Assembly (NCBI GenBank): GCA_030390025.1
Contig: CM059432.1
Location: 78,804,001-78,868,000, forward strand
From: Squalus acanthias
Lineage: Eukaryota
Length of the DNA stretch: 64,000 bases
Direction of reading: 5' to 3'
A program made the translations under genes and the position numbers. Below the pieces are notes generated by a model. That model made no database searches. It was not told the DNA's origin and saw only the letters and a list, made by a program, of their open reading frames with translations. This document shows, one piece after another, positions 25,579 through 35,584 of this stretch. How positions within the stretch are numbered: position 1 is the stretch's first letter; each line of letters starts with the position of its first letter.

Positions 25579-25629
25579 CTTTGTCACTGCTTCACCTGCG
25601 GACACAAGACCAAATGTAGCATTTATTCT

Positions 25630-26366
25630 TTATTCAACATCTGCACCCTTTTTATAGGGTTTACACTGATCCCCGTGATACCACATGTATTGTATTTTCC
25701 TTCCTCATTTCTGGATGGCCAATTTAATGTTGGTTTCTCCCAATTTGTCCATGATTTCATATGGGCCTTCCCAGTTAGCCTCCCAGGCCGCCCCCCCCCA
25801 AATTTTTTATAACATAACTTGATCGCCAATTGAGTAGGTGATACGACAAGTAGTGTGATTATCCTTGGTGGTGTTAAGATGGGTCGCACCCATCTTCTCT
25901 GCTGCAAGGATCAGAGTAGACTCTAAGGATTGATGGAGGCTCTGGAGGAACTGGTCATGGGTCTGACGAGTAGCAATGGGGAGTGGGACCCCCATCAGGT
26001 GTGCAGATACATTTGTCGGCCTGTCATGTGTTCAAATGGGCTGTGACCCGTAGAGCTCACTGGTGTGACGCGTATGGCCATACACAATGATAATTCAAAC
26101 TTAATGTTGCCAATTTCCAATTGGAAGGGAACGGTCATCTCCGCCGAAACACCTCCTCCTACATACCAAACACCTCCTCCTACAATCCCAAACAACTGCA
26201 GGCGATGCCCGCTAGAGGGGAAATCTCTGTGGTGAGTAATGGAACAGGAAGCCCCCGTATCCACTAAGAAGTTGTCTCGGCGGCCTCTTACCAAGGCTGG
26301 AACACAAGGTCTACCCTCATCATCATATTGGAGCTGACTCACCACAGCTATTGAGGTCCGTCCCCG
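25630..26366 (-). pseudogene. Retropepsin protease fused to the integrase C-terminus
   Basis: FLVDTGASCS, then AIRVTPVSSTGHSPFEHMTGR, YSIGDQVM and NWEGPYEI...WYHGDQCKPY (GPY/F module). Confidence 0.88.
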
Positions 26367-27800
26367 TTAATCCTTCTTAAAAGGATTTTTGGGGTCCGTG
26401 GCTCTACCATAATTGCTTATTTCTACCATCCTCTGTAGGGCCTGAAAGGCTTATAAATACACATTCTGCTCATCTGCGAGAGGTGGGAATGAGATTCCCT
26501 GTACCCCTACCTGCTTAGGTCCCTACCTGTAGGCTCCTCCTCCCCTAGCCCAACACTGTCTTTTAACGTGTCCTGACTTGCCACAGTTATAGCAAGGTCT
26601 TCCTCCTTTTGCTCCTTCATAAGTCACAGCTGCTGCTGCCCGTTTCATCTTTGAAATTACTGGGGGTCTTTAATCGAGTTGGGATTCGTACCAGGCTAGG
26701 AGGGCCATTTGGATGTCCCTCCCTATTCCTGCCCGCGGATTAGCTGCCATTAATTCCATGGCATACTGACGGAGCATATGCTCACAGGCAGGACTGACGA
26801 GGGTCTTGTACCTGCTAATCACCAATGTCCAAAATGTGGGATCATTCCCGGTTAACTCCACTCGTTGATAGCCCCCACAATTCTGATTATACACCTCCAC
26901 AAAGGCTCTCAGATATTGAGTTGGGTGCTCGTCCCTGGGCTTATGGTCCCATATCCACCATAACCCTATATATCACAGGCTCACACACCATGTCCTCGCA
27001 CACATCATGGTTTGGGAATTCCGGTCCCTCTATAAACCACTTAGCTAGTGTCAAGCCTGGAGGTAAGGCAGCCTGTAGCAGTCGACAAGCATCCTTGTTT
27101 GTCAAGGCGTGCACCTGCTGTAGCGATCGTACTTTATTTAATAGCTGGGTTGCATCTCCCACCCCATCATATTTGGGCAGTTGGCCACTAAGTTGGCATA
27201 ATTCCAAGAGAGTTAGGTCCCTACATATATATATATATTCTGTTCGACCCTTCCCAGCTGTCATTCCATGTGTATGCAGGCGATTGGTTACTATGGGGGC
27301 CACTAAGCGCCCACCCGTACTGCTACCTGCCGCATGGGACCGAGTGTGATTGGCTATACTATCTGCACTGCTGCTAACTATGTACGATGGAGATTGACTT
27401 AAACTGTCATCATCCTCCTTGCGCCACATTTATCTGCCCATGGCGGGGAACCGGGAATTGAGGGTGCCGATGGGAGGACTGTATCACCCTCGTCATTATC
27501 ACTACTGGATTTCTCCTCACAAGTGCCGAAGGAAAGGCTGCCACTCTAACCCTTAATTCTATTTTTTTTAAATTGTCCTCCTCCCTTCCATGCCGTTCTT
27601 CCCTTAATTTCCTTATTATGCATAGGACTATCGCCAATGTTACTAACACTACTAGCTGAGCAACAACTAGCCCCATCTGGAACAGACTTGCCCATACCCT
27701 CCACGAGGGTACTCCTTTATCATCTTTATCCAGTTTTACAGCTGCTTTACGTTTGGCCCTCTCACTCTTGGACTCGGCCTTTATTGGAGGTGATCAGTCT
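26367..27800 (-). pseudogene. gag-like gene with CCHC zinc knuckle
   Basis: CYNCGKSGHVKRQC at 26553-26594; capsid-like APIVT...YICRDLTLLELCQLSGQLP; several in-frame stops and frameshifts; 5' limit approximate. Confidence 0.82.
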
Positions 27801-28129
27801 CCAATATTTCTTCCCTTACAACAACCTCCCCTTCTATGATACCTATAGAGATTGAGGACTGTATAACTGGAACTGTGGTTTCCCGGCCACTGTCACGTTA
27901 TAACGTCATACAACTTGATGTCTGCTCTACTCACTAAAAAATTGAATACTACTCACACTTGTGCATGTAGGTTTTTTTTATCCTGTGTTTTGCTGTGTAG
28001 TTGTCACCGTGGGTTGGCGTCGATGGAAGTAGTCTACCTCCTGTTCCAGGGCTCGTCCAGATCGAGTCTTTGGTGGTTCAGGTTTCACTTCAGTCCGATG
28101 TCGACCATCCCGGTTTTCAAAAAGCCGCA

Positions 28130-28468
28130 AGTTGAATTTTAAAAACGTGTGTCATTCGCTTGAGTAGTAACAAAGTCAGCTTTTGGTTCTTGTTACAACA
28201 CTTTTATTCTTGCTTCAGCACACACAGTAGTTATGCAGACAGAGTGGAATTAAAAGTAGGTATGTGCTTTTCACATTGTACCACCGATTGTTAGTGGGTG
28301 TAAACTATTTATATATTTCCAATGTGGGTGTTGTGGAAAGTCCTTTCTGTCTCTTATTGGTCCCTTTTTATTGTTGCAGAACCTTATATGGTACTACCCC
28401 TTTAGTGGTTTCCCTTCATGCCCAGACTTGCCTTGACTTGCCTTTTCCTTTCTGTCCTTGTATCAACA
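28130..28468 (-). repeat. 5' LTR (339 bp) with CCAAT, TATA and AATAAA
   Basis: On the minus strand: CCAAT 28356-28360, TATATAAA 28308-28315, AATAAA 28203-28208, in U3-R order. Confidence 0.93.
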
Positions 28469-29364
28469 CCGAGCATTGACTTGCATGATGCGCTGAGTAT
28501 GGTCGCACACCAGCTGGACGTTGAGGGAGTGGAATCCCTTCCGGTTGCAGTACATCTCCAAATTGAAATGCAGCGCCCGCAAAGCAGTCAATGGCATCCT
28601 GCACCATGGGGAAGCATGCTATCCTGGCAAAGCCGCGTGCTCGCACCGCCTGCTTTTCCCTGGCAAGAGAGAATGAAATGTACTCCGCTCTCCTTGCATA
28701 CAGAGCCTCACTCACCTCCCTTATACAGGAGTGGACGGTGAACTGGAAGATGTCGCAGTTCCAGCCTGAAGGAGCCCAACGCAAAGAAGTTCAAAGCCAC
28801 GGTCACCTTTACAGCCTCTAGCAATGCCGTTCAACCTTGGACTGATGTCGCAGGTCTGTCTGCAGCAGGTGGTAGATTTCAGTGATCACCTCCTTAGTAA
28901 AACAGAGACATCGCTGAGGTTGAGGTAGGAGAATTGCTCCCTGAAGACCCTGGGTGGATATGGCCTCCTGCTGAGAGCCCTTCTCCCCCTCCTCCTCCTG
29001 CCTCTTCAAGCAACTTGTCCAGCTCTGTGTCGCCTCTGCTCATTCTCCCTGTCATGCTGCAGTCCAAGAGGGATACAAACTACTGCACCCATGTCTGGGT
29101 GCAACTGGTCTGAGCAGACCCCTTGCAAGTCAGTACTAAGTCCCTGAGCCCGTGCCACACCACTCCTTGTAGACTTTAGGCAACTTTAAAGAAGTCTAGA
29201 AACACTTCTACAAACTCAGCAACAGCTAGTAGAAATCAATCAGCAATTAACCTGTAAGTAGGTGACAATCCCTTTAAATAGCGTTGGTGGGGGGTCCTTC
29301 CTGCTGCTGTACACACTGCAGCCACGGTGCGTCAGTGGTGGAGGGAGTGAATGTTTAACATTCT

Positions 29365-29880
29365 TGCCCAATCACTTACCCGGTCTATATCCCTTTGCCA
29401 CCTCTTTGCGTCCTCCTCACAGCTTACTTTCCAACCTAGCTTTTTCAGCAAACATGGATATATTACACTCAGTCCTCTCATCTAAGTCATTAATATAGAT
29501 TGTAAATAGCTGAGGCCCAAGCACTGATCCTTGTGGCACTCCACTAGTTACACCTTGCCATCCTGAAAGTGACCTGTTTATCCCTACTCTCATTTTCTGT
29601 CCGTTAACCGATCCTCAATCCATGCTAATATATTACCCCCAATCGCATGAGCCCTAATCTGGTGTAACAACCTCTTATGTGGCACTTTATCGAATGCCTT
29701 CTGAAATACAAATATACTACATCCACTGGTTCCCCTTTATCTACCCTGCTAGTTACACCCTCAAAAAACTCTAAAGATTTTTCAAACACAATTTCTCTTT
29801 CATAAAACCGTGTTGACTCTGCCCAATCATATAATGATTTTAAAGTGTCCTGTTACCACATCCTTAATAATAGATTCTCT
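29365..29880 (-). mobile_element. CR1 RT fragment
   Basis: Reverse complement encodes GVPQGSVLGP and AFDKVPHKRL-like motifs. Confidence 0.85.
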
Positions 29881-30589
29881 TTGGTTTTACTTGGTTTTGT
29901 TTTCTCTTCGATCTAGATGCAAACTGAGCATGCACAGCATCCATGGCCCAGGAGAACATCATCAATAGCATTCCCTGAATAGAGGGAATGGGGTATGCTG
30001 CAGAGGGCCACCCTATACTGCAATCTCCCAAAGGTTCCAGGGCCCATGTCAGGCTTTCAGTAAGGGGAGGAACATGGTGACCCCTCTTCAATCCCGCAGC
30101 AGCAATTGTCACAAAATGTTTTTTCTTGTTTCAAAAGATGCCCTTGTAGGTTATCAGGAATTTTAAAACTGCAGCTAATAGTTCAACAACTTCTGCTGGC
30201 ATCTGGGACCAATATTAAATGTATTGGCCATCCTTCAGCCAGGGGAACGGTCCACACTGGATACTGGTGTGTAAAATAGCACTGACTTGAGAGAAGCAAG
30301 AAGAGCAACTTCTCTCCCAGTGTTAATATAAGGGGTGTGATACATTCCAAAATTCTAGGCCTCTTGCTGATCCCAGCAGATTGGTGACAGGAAGATTCAT
30401 CAGGCAATCGGATATCAGTGAGAGGGAGAGCATCTGGAACCTCTGCTCTCCCAGTGTATCATTCAAGTTGGTACTTATTGCACTATTATGCTAAGAGGAT
30501 ACTCTTCTAAATCTAGAGGTTAACACACAGTGTAGAACGATTTTTTTTCTCTATCCAGGTCATGCTGTATCGGATCTTGGTGACTCTTA

Positions 30590-30850
30590 CTTTTTTAAAT
30601 TCATTCCTGGGATGTGGGCATCGCTGGCAAGGCCAGCATTTATTGCCCATCCCTAATTGCCCTTGAGAAGGTGGTGGTGAGCCGCCTTCTTGAACCGCTG
30701 CAGTCCGTGTGGTGCAGGTACTCCCACAGTGCTGTTGGGGAAGAAGTTCCAGGATTTTGATCCAGCGACAATGAAGGATCGGCGATATATTTCCAAGTCA
30801 GAATGGTGTGTAACTTGGAGGGGAACTTGCGGGTGATGGTGTTCCCATGT
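30590..30850 (-). mobile_element. CR1/L2-group LINE family 2, 3' end
   Basis: Same tail as the 17823 and 60815 copies. Confidence 0.88.
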
Positions 30851-31597
30851 AATTGGATAAAACTAGAATAGTGTTCCATTCCCAGTACTAACACCCACAC
30901 TTTGATGAACATGAACCAATCACTGGAGTTGCAAATAAACTAATCAAATAATCTTCAACATGAAGGCTAAATGAACCTTTTGTCATTGCTTTTTCACAGG
31001 ATTTTTCTTTCTATAGACATCTTTCAATCAGAATATTACAAAGGCCATGAAAAGCTATGCCTGCTCCAGCATACATCTGCCATTACTTTGGCAGGAGTCT
31101 GCTAAAATGGCCAGAAACTAGGCCAGGACCTGGTTACGCTGGGAACCAACCTTACTCCAGAGTTTCTTCTATTGCCTATTATGAGCTCCCCTGCGCTCCC
31201 AGCCTGGGCACCTCCATCGGACTTTGACATTTCACAATGGCAGGCTCCATAGAGGCAGCCCTAGTTGTGCAGGTGCTTGCCAAAGACAGGGAAATGAGGT
31301 AACCTCTCCCTGACCCCAGAAAGTCCAGCAGAGACCGTGGCAGAGGTTCCTAGTGGGTACAGTCCTGGCGTAAATTCAAGGCCCACGGTCTTTCAGGGCT
31401 ATTATGCTAGGTTTTTATCATCATGGTGGTAACTATTGTATTTGTTCCTAGTTCGTATAATATCAATATTGACAAGGGCAGCAACAATACTAGTTTTTTC
31501 AGCAAATATGTCATGGAGTCAAGGGACAGATTTTTTTTTTTTACAATAAAACTAGATAGTTTTGTTTTGGTACTGTCTACTAAATGTTACATTTTAG

Positions 31598-31703
31598 GTA
31601 TTGCCAGCAGGGTTCTGAAACCAGTCCTTGGAATAGTGGATCCTTTGCACACACTGCACATGCCTGAACGAGTGGCAGCTTACAGTGGATTTGATGTACT
31701 TTG
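31598..31703 (+). CDS. ADHFE1: ADHFE1 coding exon 8 ([35 protein letters not shown])
   Basis: tag|...|gtaag, 106 nt. Confidence 0.97.
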
Positions 31704-31751
31704 GTAAGTATTTTTGTCAGGTTAAACATTTATGAAACAAACCTGTCTCAT

Positions 31752-31881
31752 GGCTGAGAATTTCTTCAGAGCTGCTACCTCTCCATCGCTGTAACTTTGC
31801 TGGAAGTGTGGTGGAAATCCTGTTTTCCGTCGTACTTCTGGCAGATTTACAGTGGGAGCAGCTCTGAGGAAATTCCTGGAC
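31752..31881. mobile_element. 130-bp fold-back mini-MITE
   Basis: GAATTTCTTCAGAGCTGCT pairs with AGCAGCTCTGAGGAAATTC; inner arms CTGTAA...GGAAA and TTTCC...TTACAG. Confidence 0.7.
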
Positions 31882-34800
31882 AATGTTGTAAAAGTTGAAA
31901 TAATAGAAGGAATAAGGTCCCTTGTAGAAATTTAACTATATCTGTAATTATGTAACATAGTTAGATATTTTTCTTAATTTGATTAGCTCTTTTTTTTCTC
32001 ATATTTTGACAGATTAATTTGAAAAATACATATCTTTGTTATGTACATTTGAATTTTCCACATGCTCATTTGTGGCATGAATTTTTTTTTAGTTTGAAAA
32101 AGTTCCCTTCCTGTGGGCAGGTGGTCTGAGAGCCACCTGTGTTCTGTTGACCGGTCCCAGGACATTCAGAAAGCTCGCACTTGATAAAAGTTACATTTAA
32201 CCTGTTCTTCGGGCTCCACTGACCAAGGAAATCAGATATAAAACTCTATTCACTTTAAATACACTTAATCAAAGTATAGGAATTGTGCTGATAAAACTTC
32301 AGACCCCTGGAATTAGTATAACGTGCTAACAGTAGGGTTTTATCTTGTATATATTTTTGGCAACTGACATGAAGGAATTTATTATTTTTAAGTTTTCTTT
32401 TTCACTTACTCTTTGAAGAATTTTACTGGTATTTTCGTTCATATTTTCTAGTATAATTTTCTTCCATGTCATTGAAATTATCTAGTTATTGATGTGACAA
32501 CTGTTATAACTTTATAATGTCTCCAACACGTGGTCATGCATTGTGATTGGTTCTGGGTTATATTTGCTAAATGTCTCGGTTAGCGGAACACCACAATTAA
32601 CTTGGGCTAGGGAAAGAAAATCAGCCAGGTTCCCGCTCCTGATCATTGTCAAGTAATTCCTCCTGGAAAGTGTGCATGTATGGGCGTCAGGTGAGAGCAG
32701 GGCTGGCCTTGGCTGTGATATCCCCACCTCACCCCTTGCCAATACTCTAGCCTCATGTACAAAATTGGCAATTTGACGTACTGAAAGGTCAGCAGTGTCT
32801 GTGGAATGTCTTCAGGAGATAAAATTAGTAAATATATATAAAATTTGCTACATCTGTCATCCGAGAACTCAGCTCATGTTTGGTATGTAATTGTGTCATA
32901 GCGGTTATATAATAGAGTTCAACTTGTTTTGTTTTCTCTTAACTAAATATAATTCCATGTTACCAGAAATAAAATATTTTCTTCGTATAATGATGACTCT
33001 CCCCAGAGACTCTGGGGGCTATTTCCCCTGCTGTAGCGTCGGTAGTTTAGGCACTAAAGAGTCTTTGAGGTGGTCAAAATGGGGTCTTGAGCTCCAACAA
33101 CTGGTTTGCCCACCTTTAGCACAAGACGCCATCTTGGTAAAGGAGTTGAAGCGCGCGCTAGGAACGGCCGTCCCGAGGATGATTAAAGCTCTGATGACCA
33201 ATTAAATTGGCCCCTAACGCTCATTAAAGAGGCTGCACGGCATTTTGCTGGCTAGTGCTGCAATTAACGACCTCTCCTAACAACGGCCAGCTGAACATGA
33301 GCAAAGAAGGTGAGGATTGTGAGCGCTACTTAAAGCCATGCTCAGCTTTCACTGATCACTTGCTGTTGGAGATCGACTGACTACACTGCGTTTGAAGAGG
33401 ACTTTTGATACACATCGGACACTTTCTGGGACACTTTGTCAAGACTTCACCAACACTCTATTGACATTTTTCCCATTTATTCTCTCAGGACTTCACCTAA
33501 AAAGAGTGACTGCTGTGCCATTGTACCTTATTGGACACCTTATAGGAGTCACCAGGAGAGAGGGAGTGGTAGGTCATGGTGATCTTGGTCTGGAGGAGGA
33601 AATGAGGCCAGGCAGAGTAACACCAGCTGCTGGAGGGGAGACGGAGAAGTGGAACAGGAGGGCCCCAGATTTGTGCTGACTTGCTGCATATTCCACAATC
33701 TGGCAATCATGAGAGACCAGTTGTTACCACCAGCAATTGTGCCAGAGGGTCAAGCTCAGGAGCCACAAGAGGAGGAGGAGGATGTTGAGGAGGAGGAGGA
33801 ATACAAGGGGGACCAGGGGGAGCATTAGAGGGTTCCAGCTAGACGGCCCGCAGCTGGGAGGGATGCTCACCGCCATCTAATTGAAGGCCGCTTTTGAGAG
33901 ACGTCCTCCAACATCAGACTTCGGAGCAATGTTGCCACATGATGTACCTTCCATGACTGAGGATCTATCAGGAAGTCCACCATCTGCACTCAATCCTTTC
34001 AACCCCTTCCCCATGAAGAACACAATAAAAAAAGACCACCAATTCCATCACTACCCAATTACCATAATTACTCTTTATCAAGAGCAAAAACAAACAATAA
34101 AAATATGACATAACCAACAGCACTTACAAATATTAAACTATCCACCCTGGTGCTTACCCTTAGTGGCGATCTATAAGTGCTCTTGCCTACTCTGATGCTT
34201 TTGCGAAGTGCAACCCGAGCAGCAGCAGCAGGCGAGGTGGATGCCTGCTGAGAATCTGAAGAGGGCAGTTCAGATGTCCTCCTGAAATGCACTCGAGAGG
34301 CTGTGGGCTGTGATGGCCTCGTCTCAAACTGCACCATCTCAGCATGGGCTTGAACAGTCTGGGTCGCCTGACTGCAAGGGCAATGGTAGAGTTTCGGGGG
34401 AGGGTGCAGGAATGCTGCCACCCGGAGAGAGGCCAGTCGGTTTCTGCTCCATGTTTCCCACGCCATTACCTCGGGGCCTCTGTTCAGCCAGCCCAGTGAT
34501 CTGCTGAAGGACACATCGCCTGGGAAGCTGAGACATTCTGCAAGCCTCTTTCAACCAAGGAGCCCAGAGCCACCATGGCAGCTGCCTGAGCTTCCATTGC
34601 AGCACTTTGCCATTCCATGGAAGCTGCTATGACTGCAGTGGAAGCTGCGACCTTAGTCATCAGGCGCTGCATGATGTTTGGCTCCACAGGTCGCTGGACG
34701 GAATTGTCCAGCCTCTCCACACTGGCGAGGATGGGTTCCAGGCTCTGTATCAAGCCACGGGCCAAGCTGGAGGCGGACTCATCCACAACCCATGACCCGT

Positions 34801-35584
34801 AATCTTCCAGGCAGGCTGTCCCTTGCACTAAGCATTTGGTTTGTCAAACCCATCAGCCTTGTTCTGAAGCTTGGCCCTGCGATGTCCTCCTCTGACTGCT
34901 CTACAGCAGAACTAGTATGTGACCTTGCCCCCCAGCAAGGTGAAGCCTGTAGTGTCCCTTCCACCTGGCATGGCTACTGCCCATTAGTCCCTGGTGCGTC
35001 CCACTGTGAGGATCCATGTTCTAACCCAGCCTATAAGTTGCGCATGGTGCCAGTCACTGAGCTGGTGCGTACGACAGTGGTAGCGATTGATGCAGTATCT
35101 TCTTCCTCACTCTCCTCCTCTTCCTCTGGGTGGGTGAGGTGGCTCTTCCTCCTCTTCCAGTTCCTCCAGGGGGTGGGGGGGGAGAGGTGAATCTTGCTCC
35201 TGGGAGCCTGCAATAATAAAGCTGGAAGTGTTAGGGTGCAGCGCATGTGGCCACTATAGGAGGATGTGTGTGATGAGATCATATGGAGCTTGTGAGTGAG
35301 GATAGTGTTGGGGATTAGGGATCAGGAATAGTTGTGGATATGTAAGGAAGCTGGAGCACTGCCTCCTCAAGGTGAGTGATCTCATGGAGTTATGCTTCCC
35401 CTCCCCTGGTTAGGTCCTGTTGGCATCTGTTATGCGCTATCTTGTCCTGGAAGAGAAAAAGTGATGATTGTAAATGAGTGTATTGGAGTGTTTGTGTGTG
35501 TGTGATACCTCACATGGTTGAAGAGCTGTCAGACGTGTCTGAGGTGTGAGTAGTGCCTGTGAAGGATCACTTTTCCCTAGAGGA

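Larger units (their letters stand above)
24049..28468 (-). mobile_element. ERV-like LTR element (LTR-gag-pro-[deleted RT/RH/IN core]-IN tail-env-like-LTR), non-autonomous and degraded
   Basis: TGTTGA...TCAACA termini; 5-bp TSD CCGAG (24044-24048, 28469-28473); two LTRs; PPT; CCHC knuckle; LVDTGA; WEGPY. Confidence 0.93.
21740..29310. mobile_element. PIF/Harbinger element C (Myb-like gene remnant + at about 21740-23390; transposase - at about 23560-29090) disrupted by the LTR element
   Basis: GDKGYPL, TRNLIEQTIG and CLDRSGGAL on the left of the LTR element; FPMVQDAID on the right; the transposase rejoins across the CCGAG TSD. Confidence 0.88.

Noticed and set aside
24406..27800. APOBEC-type hypermutation as the source of the many stops
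   Set aside because: Several stops look like sense-strand C-to-T changes and the LTR differences are mixed transitions and transversions. Ordinary ageing suffices; a consensus would be needed to test it.
29900..31390. Possible old DNA-transposon remnants
   Set aside because: Apart from the LINE tail at 30590-30850, no paired TIRs or recognisable protein motifs could be established.
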